Below, one piece after another: positions 49,062-59,023 of a stretch of 64,000 nucleotides of DNA. Position 1 is the stretch's first letter, and every line of letters starts with the position of its first letter. This DNA comes from an uncultured Actinomycetota bacterium (GTDB lineage Bacteria > Actinomycetota > Actinomycetes > Prado026). Made by a program: the position numbers and the translations under genes. Below the pieces are notes generated by a model. It saw nothing but the letters and a program-made list of their open reading frames with translations. It ran no database searches and was not told the DNA's origin. Where the stretch lies: positions 451,182-515,181 of the forward strand of contig CAWKHA010000001.1 of the NCBI GenBank assembly GCA_963849365.1. The letters are read 5' to 3'.

Positions 49062-50147
49062 GTGGACTCGCTGACCGGTCTGCGCGGGGTAGCCGCGCTG
49101 GTCGTGGTCGGCACCCACGCCAGTGCCCTCACCGTGGGCGGGTTGCACTCGGGGCTCGCCTGGGTCGTGGGTCAGGGTCGCCTCGGGGTCTCGTTCTTCT
49201 TCCTCCTGTCCGGCTTCGTCCTGGTGTGGTCGGCGAAGCCGAACGACGCACCGCGCAGCTTCTGGCGTCGCCGCTTCGCCCGGATCTACCCGGCCTATCT
49301 CGTCGCGCTCCTCGTGGGTCTGGTTCTCTCCCACGCCGGCGGGCACGATCCCACGCCGGCCGGGCCGCTCGTCGCTTCGCTGCTGCTCGTGCAGGCCTGG
49401 ATCCCCGACCCCACCTGGTTCTTCGCGGTGAACGTCGTGGGTTGGTCGTTGTCGGTCGAGGCGTTCTTCTACCTGGTGTTCCCGTACCTGGTCAGGGTGC
49501 TTCGTCGTCACGATGTCCAGTGGCGACTGCGCCTCCTGCAGGGGTTGGTGACGCTGTTCGTGATCGTGCAGGGGGTGGCGTGGCTGGCCGACGCCAGGAA
49601 CGGACGAAGCCTGTTGGGCGTGGACGGGACGATCGAGTGGTTCGCCTACATCTTCCCGCCCGTCCGGCTCATCGAGTTCGTGCTCGGGATGCTGCTGGCG
49701 CTCCGAGTCAGGGACGAAGGCTGGCGACCTCGCCTCACGTTCCCCGCCGCAGCCGGCCTGGCCGCTGCGGCCTACCTCGCGGCCGGAGTCAGCCCGACCA
49801 TGCTCGGCTGGGAGGCCGTGACGCTGGTGCCGCTCATGCTGCTCATCTCCGCCGCGGCAGTCGCCGACGCCGGCGACGCTCGCACGGTGTTCGTCAGCCG
49901 GCGCTGGGTCTGGCTGGGGTCGGTCTCGTACTGCCTCTACCTGGTCCACCGGGAGTTCTTCCGGGTCGTGGCCCATGTCTTCGGACTCGCCCTGCACGGC
50001 TTCGCGGGGGCGGTGGTCGTAGTCGGGGCAACGGTCGCGGCGGTGCTGGGCGCGTGGGCTCTGCACCGCTTCGTGGAGCTGCCGGCCGACACGATCCTGC
50101 GAGGGAGACGCGCCGCCGCGCCGGTCTCGATGTTCCCTGGGAACTGA
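49062..50147 (+). CDS. Acyltransferase family 3 (OafA-like) membrane protein
   Basis: …DSLTGLRGVAALVVV…, then multiple TM helices and conserved …W…S.E..FY…P… patterns. I chose the GTG at 49062. The upstream 42 codons of the track ORF are R-rich, so the start is uncertain. Confidence 0.6.
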   Translation: MDSLTGLRGVAALVVVGTHASALTVGGLHSGLAWVVGQGRLGVSFFFLLSGFVLVWSAKPNDAPRSFWRRRFARIYPAYLVALLVGLVLSHAGGHDPTPAGPLVASLLLVQAWIPDPTWFFAVNVVGWSLSVEAFFYLVFPYLVRVLRRHDVQWRLRLLQGLVTLFVIVQGVAWLADARNGRSLLGVDGTIEWFAYIFPPVRLIEFVLGMLLALRVRDEGWRPRLTFPAAAGLAAAAYLAAGVSPTMLGWEAVTLVPLMLLISAAAVADAGDARTVFVSRRWVWLGSVSYCLYLVHREFFRVVAHVFGLALHGFAGAVVVVGATVAAVLGAWALHRFVELPADTILRGRRAAAPVSMFPGN

Positions 50148-50285
50148 CTACCCGGGGCGGCCGTCGTCAGGTGAGATGGCTCAACCGCGCTCCGAGCCCG
50201 CGCGGAACGGGCGAAGGTCACCTGGCCGACGGGCGAAGCCGTCCGGGACGAAGGGCCCTGGCCGCGGCGGCGGCGCGGGCCGAGC

Positions 50286-52043
50286 ATGGCGCCCATGGCC
50301 GCGACCACGGACGGGTCCGTCGTCGACGAGCGTCCCGGCGACGGGTACGACCGGGACGTCGACGTCGTGATCATCGGGTCCGGGTTCGGCGGGAGCGTTG
50401 CCGCGCTCCGGCTCAGCGAGAAGGGCTACCGGGTCGCGGTCCTCGAGATGGGCCGGCGGTTCACCTCGGGCACGCTTCCGCGCACGTCGTGGGACGTCCG
50501 GAGGTTCCTGTGGGCACCACGGCTCGGCCTGCACGGCATACAACGGATCCACCTGCTCAAGGACGTCGTGGTGCTCGCGGGTACCGGCGTCGGCGGCGGT
50601 TCCCTGGTCTACGCGAACACGCTGTACGAGCCCACGCAGGCGTTCTACGACGATCCGCAGTGGGCGCACATCACCGACTGGCGCGACGAGCTGGCCCCGT
50701 ACTACGACCAGGCGTCGCGGATGCTCGGCGTCACGCCCAACCCGACGGTGACCCCGCAGGATGAGGCGATGCGGAAGGTGGCCGAGCGGATGGGGGTCGG
50801 CGACACCTTCCGGCTCGCACCGGTCGGCGTGGTCTTCGGCCGCGAGGGCCGCAAGGAGCCGGGCGTGCCCGTACCGGACCCGTTCTTCGGCGGGCTGGGG
50901 CCGGACCGTCGGGGCTGCGTGGAGTGCGGCGAGTGCATGATCGGGTGCCGGCACGGCGCCAAGAACAGGCTCGACCTCAACTACCTCGCCCTCGCCGAGC
51001 GCGCAGGCGCCACGGTCCACCCCGACACGACGGTGACGGGCGTCAGACCGCTGACCGCGGGCCGCTACTCCGTGGACACCGTGCGCTCCGGGCGCTGGCG
51101 CACCACGACGGCGGACCGCACGTACACGGCGGACCACGTCCTGTTCGCCGCGGGCACCTGGGGCACCCAGCGGCTGCTCCACGAGCTGCGGGACACCGGG
51201 GTGCTGCCGGGCGTCTCGGACCGGCTCGGCCACCTGACCCGGACGAACTCCGAGGCCCTCGTCGGCGCGACGGCCCGGCACAACGACGTCGACTACACCC
51301 AGGGGGTCGCGATCACCTCGTCCTTCTTCCCTGACCCGGACACGCACATCGAGCCCGTGCACTACGGCCGGGGCAGCAACGTGATGGGGCTGCTCGCGAC
51401 GACGCTCGTCGACGGCGGCGGACCGGCCCCGCGGTGGGCCAAGCTGGTGCGGTCGGTCGCACGTCATCCCGGTGAGTTCGTGCGCCACCTCTCGGTGCGC
51501 GGCTGGTCCGAGCGGACGGTGATCGCCCTGACGATGCAGTCCCTCGACAACAGCATCGCGGTGTCGCGGCGCCGCTCGCGGGTGGGCCCGCGGCTCACCT
51601 CGCGCCCAGGACACGGGCACCCGAGCCCCACCTGGATCCCCGCGGCGCACGAGGCCGCGCGCACGCTCGCCGAGGTGATCGGCGGCGACGCCAGTGGCTC
51701 GTGGGCCGACGTCGGCAACGTCCCGATGACCGCGCACCTGCTCGGCGGCTGCCCGATCGGCGACTCCCCCGAGACCGGCGTCGTGGACCCGTACCAGCGC
51801 CTCTACGGCCACGAGGGCCTGCACGTCATCGACGGTGCCGCCGTGTCGGCGAACCTCGGGGTGAACCCGGCCCTGACCATCACGGCGCAGGCGGAACGGG
51901 CCATGGCACTGTGGCCCAACCGGGGCGACCCCGACCCGAGACCGGCGCTCGGACAGCCGTACGCACGGGTCGAGCCGGTGCTCCCACGCACGCCGGTCGT
52001 GCCGGCGCACGCCCCCGCGGCCCTGCGCCTCATCCCCCGGTAG
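50286..52043 (+). CDS. GMC-family FAD oxidoreductase (cholesterol-oxidase-like)
   Basis: N-terminal FAD motif VIIGSGFGGSVAALRLSEKGYRVAVLE and a GMC C-terminal region (…HLLGGCPIG…). Confidence 0.8.
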   Translation: MAPMAATTDGSVVDERPGDGYDRDVDVVIIGSGFGGSVAALRLSEKGYRVAVLEMGRRFTSGTLPRTSWDVRRFLWAPRLGLHGIQRIHLLKDVVVLAGTGVGGGSLVYANTLYEPTQAFYDDPQWAHITDWRDELAPYYDQASRMLGVTPNPTVTPQDEAMRKVAERMGVGDTFRLAPVGVVFGREGRKEPGVPVPDPFFGGLGPDRRGCVECGECMIGCRHGAKNRLDLNYLALAERAGATVHPDTTVTGVRPLTAGRYSVDTVRSGRWRTTTADRTYTADHVLFAAGTWGTQRLLHELRDTGVLPGVSDRLGHLTRTNSEALVGATARHNDVDYTQGVAITSSFFPDPDTHIEPVHYGRGSNVMGLLATTLVDGGGPAPRWAKLVRSVARHPGEFVRHLSVRGWSERTVIALTMQSLDNSIAVSRRRSRVGPRLTSRPGHGHPSPTWIPAAHEAARTLAEVIGGDASGSWADVGNVPMTAHLLGGCPIGDSPETGVVDPYQRLYGHEGLHVIDGAAVSANLGVNPALTITAQAERAMALWPNRGDPDPRPALGQPYARVEPVLPRTPVVPAHAPAALRLIPR

Positions 52044-53136
52044 ACACCTCGGTCAGGCCGAGCGTGGCGCAGCCCGACTCCAGCTCGTCGAGGCCGAAGG
52101 CCTGGACCGGCCCCAGGACCCCCGACCCGTGGACCGCGCCGGCCAGAGCCGTCGTGGCCGCCCAGGCCAGCAACCGCCCGGTGAGCGTGTACGGGCTCGG
52201 CCCGGTCAGCTCCACGCGGGCGAGGGTGCGGCCGTCCGCGTCGCTGACCTCGGCGACCACCAGTGATGCTCCGCGGGCTCGTGCGTCCGCGTCCGGACCG
52301 CCGGCCGACCCGCGGAACCTGGCCGCCGCAGACGACAGCAGGGATGCGGCCCCGGGGACCGCCGTCACACCCCGTGCGACGGCGGCCGCCTGCGGGGCGA
52401 AGCGGGCAAGCGGCCCGAACCAGCCCAGGTAGACACCCACCGCGCGCAGGCCGGGCGCCAGCGCCGGCAGGAACAGGTGCTCGGTGCCGCCCACCGCCAC
52501 GGTCACCACCGCGTCGGCACCGACGCGGAAGGTCCGGGTACGCGCACCGAGGCGGTCGTCCACGAGCCGTCCGTCGTCGAACCGGAACGAGGGCATCAGC
52601 ATCATCCCGACGGACGAAGCCACGGTGCCCCCGCTCACTCCCCCCATGCCCGGCGCGAAGTAGCCGACGTCGAGCCGGCTCGAGTCCGGCCCGGCACGTC
52701 GCAGCGCCAGGGCGCCGGCGAGGTTGCCCGGCACGTAGTCGTACCCGAACGCGGGGATCAGCGGTGTCCCGGCGTCGACCGCCCGCTGACCGACGCGCTC
52801 GCGCATGTCGCGGATGAAGGTCGACTCCCCGCTCGAGTCCAGGTAGGCGGCCCGCTTGGCGACCGCGGCCAGCACGGCCGGCTGACCCCAGCGCACGAAC
52901 GGCCCGACCGTGGACACCAGGACGTCGCCCTCGTCGACGAGGGCGGCGATGCTGCGGGGCTGCTCGACGTCCGCGACGCACGTCTCGAGACCGCCGCCGA
53001 GCTCGTCGCCGAGCTGGGCCAGCCGACCGGCGTCGCGGCCCGCGATCACCGGGCGGACACCTCGCTGAACGAGCTCGTCGATCACCAGCCGGCCGGTGTA
53101 GCCGGTGGCACCGAAGACGACGATCCGTCCGCTCAC
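52030..53136 (-). CDS. Saccharopine-dehydrogenase-like NAD(P)-binding protein
   Basis: N-terminal Rossmann motif IVVFGATGYTGRLV and family-typical length. GTG start. Confidence 0.7.
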   Translation of the reverse strand: MSGRIVVFGATGYTGRLVIDELVQRGVRPVIAGRDAGRLAQLGDELGGGLETCVADVEQPRSIAALVDEGDVLVSTVGPFVRWGQPAVLAAVAKRAAYLDSSGESTFIRDMRERVGQRAVDAGTPLIPAFGYDYVPGNLAGALALRRAGPDSSRLDVGYFAPGMGGVSGGTVASSVGMMLMPSFRFDDGRLVDDRLGARTRTFRVGADAVVTVAVGGTEHLFLPALAPGLRAVGVYLGWFGPLARFAPQAAAVARGVTAVPGAASLLSSAAARFRGSAGGPDADARARGASLVVAEVSDADGRTLARVELTGPSPYTLTGRLLAWAATTALAGAVHGSGVLGPVQAFGLDELESGCATLGLTEVSTGG

Positions 53137-53356
53137 AGGGCCACGCTAGTCCGACCGTGCCGGCGACCGTCCGATCCCGCCGCCAGGGTGACCCGTCGAG
53201 GTCGTCGTTCGTGGCCATGGCTGCCTCCCAGCACGGGGGTCCGGCATCAGGCTGGGCATCCTGACGAGTGCGGGTCGCGGGGCGAAGGTCCCGAAGGGGC
53301 GGCCGCCGGGACCTTCGGCCCTGGGGTGCCCGGACCGGTGTGCCTAGCCTGCGAGC

Positions 53357-54910
53357 GTGCAGAACACCGAGCTCAAGACCCTGGTCCGCGGCGTCGTCGA
53401 CGACCCCGGGCTGACGTACCGGCAGCGGGTGCAGCAGCTGGCGACACTCGCCGAGAACGCGCTCGACCCGCCCGAGGTGTCCGACGCCTGCTCCCGCGCA
53501 CTCGACAAGCGGGTGATCTGCGACATGTACGAGGGCAGCGCCCCGTACCGGCCCCGGTACGTGCTGCCGGACTACGCGGTGGCTCTGCGCAACGGCTCGG
53601 CGTTCCTCGAGCTGCCGCCGGCCCACGACCTGGCGGAGGCGCTGGCGTTCTTGCTCATCCTGTACACCCAGGTGCCGTCGATCACCGGCTACCCCGTGTA
53701 CCTCGGCGACCTCGACGCGCTCCTCGCACCGTTCCTGGACGGCGTGGACGACGACGAGCTGTACCGTCGGTTGCGGCTGTTCTGGATCAGTCTGGACCGG
53801 ATGTTCCCGGACGCGTTCACGCACACCGACCTTGGACCCGACGACAGCCGGGTCGGCCGCACCGTGCTGCGGCTGGAACGTGAGCTGCTGCAGGTGGTCC
53901 CGAACCTGACCCTGCGCGTCGACCCCGAGCGCACGCCCGACGACTACGTCCTGGACGCCGTGCGCACCGTCTTCGCGTGCGGCAAGCCGCACTTCGTCAA
54001 CCACCCCATGATGACGGCCGACCTGGGTGACCGGTATGCCGCTGTCAGCTGCTACAACTCGCTGAAGATCGGCGGTGGCGCGCACACGCTGGTGCGGCTG
54101 AACCTCAAGGAGGCGGTGCTGCACCACGACGGCGGTGCGGATACGTTCCTGGGTACCACGCTGCCGATGTACGTTGAGCTGACCGCCGAGCTGGCCGACG
54201 CGCGGGTCCGGCACCTGGTCGAGCGCGCGCGGTTCTACGAGCACAGCTGGCTGGTGCACGAGGGGCTGGTCTCGCCGGACCGGTTCTCGGCCATGTTCGG
54301 GGTGTTCGGGCTGGCGGAGGCTGTCGACCTCCTGATGGAGCGCGAGGGTGTACCGGACGCGCACTACGGCCACGACCCTCGGGCCGACGACCTGTCGTAC
54401 CGCATCGTCGCCCGGGTGGCCGAGCTGGTGGCCGCCCGGCCGATGCACCATTGCGAGGGCAACGGCGGGAGGTGCTTCCTGCACAGCCAGTCCGGCATCG
54501 ACTCCGACGAGGACGTCACGGCCGGGACGCGCATCCCCGTGGGCAGCGAGCCGCCGCTGCCGGACCACCTGGCGACCATCACGCCGCATCACATCTACTT
54601 CGCCGCCGGCGTCTCCGACGTACTGGCCTTCGACGAGACCGCTCGACGCAATCCGCAGGCGGTGGTCGACGTGATCCGAGGAGCGTTCGCGACCGGGATG
54701 CGCGACTTCACGTTCAACCTGGACAGCAACGACTTCGTCCGCATCACCGGGTACCTGGTGCGCAAGTCCGACCTAGCCCGGTTGGCGACCGAGGGCGCCC
54801 GGCACAGCAGCACGTACCTGGCGGCGGGTTCGATGGCGAACAGCCACCTCGCCGACCGGGCGCCGAAGCGGGTGATCAGCGGTGAGAGCGCCGCGGGGCC
54901 TGGTCGCTGA
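53357..54910 (+). CDS. YjjI-family (DUF3029) glycine-radical enzyme-like protein
   Basis: Length and sequence fit the YjjI family. The C-terminal motif FVRITGYLVRK resembles the PFL-type glycyl-radical loop RVSGYAV. It is followed by a cognate radical-SAM activase. Confidence 0.7.
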   Translation: MQNTELKTLVRGVVDDPGLTYRQRVQQLATLAENALDPPEVSDACSRALDKRVICDMYEGSAPYRPRYVLPDYAVALRNGSAFLELPPAHDLAEALAFLLILYTQVPSITGYPVYLGDLDALLAPFLDGVDDDELYRRLRLFWISLDRMFPDAFTHTDLGPDDSRVGRTVLRLERELLQVVPNLTLRVDPERTPDDYVLDAVRTVFACGKPHFVNHPMMTADLGDRYAAVSCYNSLKIGGGAHTLVRLNLKEAVLHHDGGADTFLGTTLPMYVELTAELADARVRHLVERARFYEHSWLVHEGLVSPDRFSAMFGVFGLAEAVDLLMEREGVPDAHYGHDPRADDLSYRIVARVAELVAARPMHHCEGNGGRCFLHSQSGIDSDEDVTAGTRIPVGSEPPLPDHLATITPHHIYFAAGVSDVLAFDETARRNPQAVVDVIRGAFATGMRDFTFNLDSNDFVRITGYLVRKSDLARLATEGARHSSTYLAAGSMANSHLADRAPKRVISGESAAGPGR

Positions 54911-55607
54911 CGTCGTACGGTTCTCCTGGGTCGACGGCCCGGGGAACCGGTTCGTCGTCTTCATGCAGGGATGCAACCTGAACTGCCCGGCGTGCCACAA
55001 CCCGCACACCATCCCGTGCAGCACACCCCGCGCCCGCAGCGTCGGCGTCGACGAGCTGGTCGAGCAGGTGCAACCTCTCGCGCCCTTCCTGACCGGTGTC
55101 ACGGTGTCCGGAGGCGAGGCGACGTTGCAGGCCGAGTTCGTCCGAGCGTTCTTCGAGCGGATCGGCGCCGACCCGGAGCTGGGCCGGCTCACCCGCTTCG
55201 TCGACAGCAACGGTGTAGCGGACGCGGCCGTGTGGGACCGGCTGCTGCCGGTGACCGACGGCGTGATGCTGGACCTCAAAGCGCTCGACCCGCGCGTGCA
55301 CGAGGCGCTGACCGGCTCGGACAACACCCTCGTGCTCGACTCGATCCGCTCGCTCGCGGCGGCCGGGAAGCTGTACGAGGTGCGGTTGCTGCTGGTGCCG
55401 GGGGTGAACGACGACCCGGCGACCCTCGACCGCACGGTGCGCTGGCTGCTCGGCGTCGACCCCGCGGTACGCATCAAGGTGATCGGCTTTCGGCGGCAGG
55501 GCGTTCGGGCGTCCGCTCGCAACTGGCCGGAGGCCGGGCAGCACAGGATGGCCGACTACCGCCGGCAGCTCACCGAGCTCGGCGTCCGGGAGCTCGAGGT
55601 GGTCTGA
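54882..55607 (+). CDS. Glycyl-radical enzyme activating protein (radical SAM, YjjW-like)
   Basis: CNLNCPACHNP is the CxxxCxxC radical-SAM motif at the usual N-terminal position of GRE activases. The GTG start overlaps the end of the YjjI-like gene. Confidence 0.7.
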   Translation: MRAPRGLVADVVRFSWVDGPGNRFVVFMQGCNLNCPACHNPHTIPCSTPRARSVGVDELVEQVQPLAPFLTGVTVSGGEATLQAEFVRAFFERIGADPELGRLTRFVDSNGVADAAVWDRLLPVTDGVMLDLKALDPRVHEALTGSDNTLVLDSIRSLAAAGKLYEVRLLLVPGVNDDPATLDRTVRWLLGVDPAVRIKVIGFRRQGVRASARNWPEAGQHRMADYRRQLTELGVRELEVV

Positions 55608-55833
55608 TCGCCCGGCGCGGGCCCGGAGCCGCGGCATGACCCGGCCAGGTCCTCGGCCGTCCATCCCCGTAGGCGTACCGGATGACGGCTGGTGAGAGCG
55701 GTCAGAAGTGCGCCGGGCCTGACCGAGGCAGGTCTCAAGGCGAAGGTCCCGTCTCTGATACGTGCTCATCCTCGACCACCACAGGGCCTAAGGACCCTCG
55801 TCGGGCGGTGCGGGGAGGGCGAGACTGACGCGC

Positions 55834-56241
55834 ATGGCACGATCGGCTCGTCGTTCCGCAGTGGCCGCGGGTAGCCCGACGGGTGCCTTCTTCGAGGCTC
55901 TCGCGAGCCGAGGAACGGACCCGCTGTTGCGGACGGCGAACGGGTCTATCCGCTTCGACGTGGTCGACCGGCGGCACGTGGAGCACTGGCTGGTGTCCGT
56001 GAACGCGGGCAACGCCAAGGTCTCCCGGGTCAACCGGCGGGCGGACGCGGTGATGCTCGTCGAGAAGGAGCTGCTGGACCGCATCGTCAGCGGCAGGGCC
56101 AACGCGATGGCCGCCCTCCTCCGTGGCGCACTCGTGGTCGAGGGGGACCTCGGGCTGCTCCTGGCGTTCCAGCGGATCTTCCCAGGCCCTCAGTCCCCAG
56201 CCCGGCCGACAGCTGCGGCAAGGGGAGGCGGCCGTGGCTGA
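55834..56241 (+). CDS. SCP2 sterol-binding domain protein
   Basis: …NAMAALLRGALVVEGDLGLLLAFQRIF matches the SCP-2 C-terminal signature. Confidence 0.65.
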   Translation: MARSARRSAVAAGSPTGAFFEALASRGTDPLLRTANGSIRFDVVDRRHVEHWLVSVNAGNAKVSRVNRRADAVMLVEKELLDRIVSGRANAMAALLRGALVVEGDLGLLLAFQRIFPGPQSPARPTAAARGGGRG

Positions 56242-58303
56242 CGACGTGGTGCGGATCTTGGAGGGCAACACCTTCATCGTCAGCGATGAGCGTGGCGACA
56301 TCGAGGCCGGTTCAGCGGACCCGACGGGCCTCTTCTCGTATGACACCCGGTTCTTATCGACCTGGGCTCTGACCATCGACGGAAAGAAGCTGAACTCGCT
56401 GTCGGTCGACGACCTGCAGTACTACGAGGTGCAGTTCTTCCTCGTCCCAGGCACTGGCACGGTGTACGTGAATGCGGACCTGTCCGTCATCCGTCGCCGC
56501 ACGGTCGAGGCCGGGTTCGTCGAACAGCTCACGATCTTGAACCACAAGCCGCAACCAGTCGACCTCGTGGTCCGCATCGAGGCCGCGAGCGACTTCGCGG
56601 ACCTCTTCGAGATCAAGGACGCACTGGCGAAGCAAGGCACCTACGACCACCGCGTCGAGCACCGCACCCTGATTCTTGGCTACCAGCGCGAGACCTTCCG
56701 GCGGCAGACGGTCATTACCGCCTCGACACCCGTGCTCATCGACCAGCACGGCCTCACGTTCGATGTGCACATCGAGCCACACGGATCGTGGCTGGCCGAA
56801 ATCGACGTGGTCGCCGACCTCACCATCGGCGAGATGCCAAATACAGCCGCGCGCCGACGCACGGCGGCGAGGACGAGGCGCGAGATTTCCCGTGGCCTCG
56901 ACAAGTGGCTGAGCCGTTCCCCGACGCTTCGGTGCGACTGGGAGCCGTTGATGGCGACCTACCGTCGCAGCCTGGTGGACCTGGCCGCACTGCGGTTCAC
57001 CACCCGGACGATGCCCGACCACGCCCTGCCAGCCGCGGGCCTGCCGTGGTTCATGACCATGTTCGGTCGGGACAGCATCCTGACCAGCCTGCAGGCGCTT
57101 CCATTCGTTCCGGAGCTCGCAGCGACGACCCTGCGGGCCCTGGCAGCCAGGCAGGGCACGCGGCTGGACGACTTCCGCGACGAGGACCCCGGCCGGATCC
57201 TGCACGAGATGCGCTACGGCGAACTGACTGCGTTCGAGGAGCGCCCGCACTCGCCGTACTACGGCAGCGCCGACGCGACACCGCTGTTCGTGGTTCTTCT
57301 CGATGAGTACGAACGCTGGACCGGAGACACCAGGCTGGTGCGCGACCTGGAGGTCGAGGCCCGGGCGGCCCTGGCGTGGATCGACGACTACGCCGATCTG
57401 CAGGGCAACGGATACGTTGCCTACCAGCGCCGCAACGAGGACACCGGCCTGGAGAACCAGTGCTGGAAGGACTCCTGGGACTCCATCTCCTACCACGACG
57501 GGCGCCTGCCCGGCTTCCCGCGCGCAACCTGCGAGCTGCAGGGCTACGCCTACGACGCCAAGGTCAGGGCCGCCCGGCTCGCCCGCCAGATATGGCACGA
57601 CCCCGCGTACGCGACCGCACTGGAACGCGAGGCCGCTGCGCTCAAGCGCCGGTTCAACCGCGATTACTGGCTCCCCGACGGCGAGTTCTACGCGGTCGCC
57701 CTGGACCACGACGGCCGCCCGGTGGACTCGCTGACCTCGAACAATGGCCACCTGCTGTGGAGCGGGATCGTCGAGCGGAGCAAGGCCCGGCGGGTCGTCG
57801 AGCACCTGATGGGGCCGCGCATGTTCACCGGCTGGGGCATCCGCACGCTCGCCGACGGGGAGGCCAGGTTCAACCCCATCGGCTACCACACCGGCGCAGT
57901 CTGGCCCTTCGACAACTCCTTCATCGCCTGGGGGCTGCGGCGCTACGGGTTCAAGGCCGATGCCGCCCGGGTCGCCGCCGGCATCCTCGAGGCGGCCGAG
58001 TTCTTCCAGGGACGGCTGCCAGAAGCATTCGGTGGCTACCCCCGCGACCTGACGCGGTATCCCGTGCAGTACCCCACCGCCTGCAGTCCTCAGGCGTGGT
58101 CCACCGGTGCACCGCTACTCCTGCTGCGCACCATGCTGGGTCTGGAGCCGACCGGCGACCACCTCGTGGTCGACCCGGCACTGCCGCTGAAGATCGGCAC
58201 CCTCGAACTCCTCGACGTTCCAGGCCGCTGGGGACGCGTCGACGCGTTCGGCCGCGGCCGAATCGACACGACCGGACGACGCACAACGCGGCCACGACAC
58301 TGA
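56234..58303 (+). CDS. Amylo-alpha-1,6-glucosidase-family protein (glycogen-debranching-enzyme-like, GDE_N + GDE_C)
   Basis: …GDIEAGSADPTGLFSYDTRFLS… N-domain and C-domain motifs (WKDSWDS, GYHTGAVWPFDN). GTG at 56234 with a GGAGG box; overlaps the SCP2 stop. Confidence 0.8.
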   Translation: MADDVVRILEGNTFIVSDERGDIEAGSADPTGLFSYDTRFLSTWALTIDGKKLNSLSVDDLQYYEVQFFLVPGTGTVYVNADLSVIRRRTVEAGFVEQLTILNHKPQPVDLVVRIEAASDFADLFEIKDALAKQGTYDHRVEHRTLILGYQRETFRRQTVITASTPVLIDQHGLTFDVHIEPHGSWLAEIDVVADLTIGEMPNTAARRRTAARTRREISRGLDKWLSRSPTLRCDWEPLMATYRRSLVDLAALRFTTRTMPDHALPAAGLPWFMTMFGRDSILTSLQALPFVPELAATTLRALAARQGTRLDDFRDEDPGRILHEMRYGELTAFEERPHSPYYGSADATPLFVVLLDEYERWTGDTRLVRDLEVEARAALAWIDDYADLQGNGYVAYQRRNEDTGLENQCWKDSWDSISYHDGRLPGFPRATCELQGYAYDAKVRAARLARQIWHDPAYATALEREAAALKRRFNRDYWLPDGEFYAVALDHDGRPVDSLTSNNGHLLWSGIVERSKARRVVEHLMGPRMFTGWGIRTLADGEARFNPIGYHTGAVWPFDNSFIAWGLRRYGFKADAARVAAGILEAAEFFQGRLPEAFGGYPRDLTRYPVQYPTACSPQAWSTGAPLLLLRTMLGLEPTGDHLVVDPALPLKIGTLELLDVPGRWGRVDAFGRGRIDTTGRRTTRPRH

Positions 58304-58410
58304 TCGAGCGAGCTGGAGTTGCGCTTTCACAGGCTGCAGGTCTTGTTGAACTGAATCGCCCCGGCGTGTCCGGAGGCTCCATCTGTTGAGAAGGCGATGG
58401 GGTCTTGGTC

Positions 58411-58600
58411 ATGGGAAGAGGATCGAACTATCCGCCCGAGATCAGGCGGTTGAGACGTGAGGTCGCCGAGCTGCGGCGGGCGAACGAGATCCTCAAGGCA
58501 GGCACCTCGGCTTTCTTCGCGGCCGAACTCGACCGGCCACACCTGCGCTCGTGAGGTTCATCGACGAGCACAAGAGCCACCGGGTGGGGCACGCTGCGCC
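58411..58600 (+). mobile_element. IS3-family transposase remnant (C-terminal leucine-zipper part of OrfA plus the first codons of OrfB)
   Basis: A short ORF encodes …EIRRLRREVAELRRANEILKAGTSAFFAAELDRP*, the conserved OrfA C-terminus. The overlapping GTG ORF begins RFIDEHKSH…, like an OrfB N-terminus, then degenerates. There is no OrfA HTH and no complete OrfB. Confidence 0.5.
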
Positions 58601-58662
58601 AGGGCACAGCCTTGGCCCTCGGCAGGGTCGCGGTCACCGGTTCTCCGTAGTGCCAGTCCGCC

Positions 58663-58896
58663 CTAGCGCTCCGCGAGCAGCTGGGTCACGACGTGCGCCA
58701 CCAGGTCGTACGGGACCGGCCGGGCGAGCGGGAACCGCAGCGTGCCCTTCCCCATGGCGTACGGCTCGAGGTCGCGCGCGAGGGCCGGGTCACCCGTCGG
58801 CTGCGGGTACCGGCTGAGGTGGTGCTTCCAGGCGGCGAAGTGCACGACGCTCCGGCCGTCGAGGGTGAGGGTGGGGATCCGTCTCCCCCTCGTCAT
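58663..58896 (-). pseudogene. Probable N-terminally truncated DUF1801-family fragment
   Basis: C-terminal …HFAAWKHHLSRYP…DLEPYAMGKGTLRFPLARPVPYDLVAHVV… matches the DUF1801 C-half. The upstream part of the ORF does not look like the family N-half. Confidence 0.3.
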
Positions 58897-59023
58897 CGGG
58901 CTCCGACCATCGGACAGCGAGCGCGCCGTGTCAAACCGGAAGGCGCCCAGCGCGTCCGGGCCGATGGACCCTGGTCGCGGATCGCTCGGCAGTCGAGGAT
59001 CGAGCCGATTGCGAGGTGGGTCG

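Noticed and set aside
53137-53230. Small uORF MATNDDLDG… starting at 53218(-)
   Set aside because: It runs out of frame straight through the saccharopine-dehydrogenase-like gene without a stop, which is typical of GC-rich artefacts. I kept it only as part of the 19-mer repeat observation.
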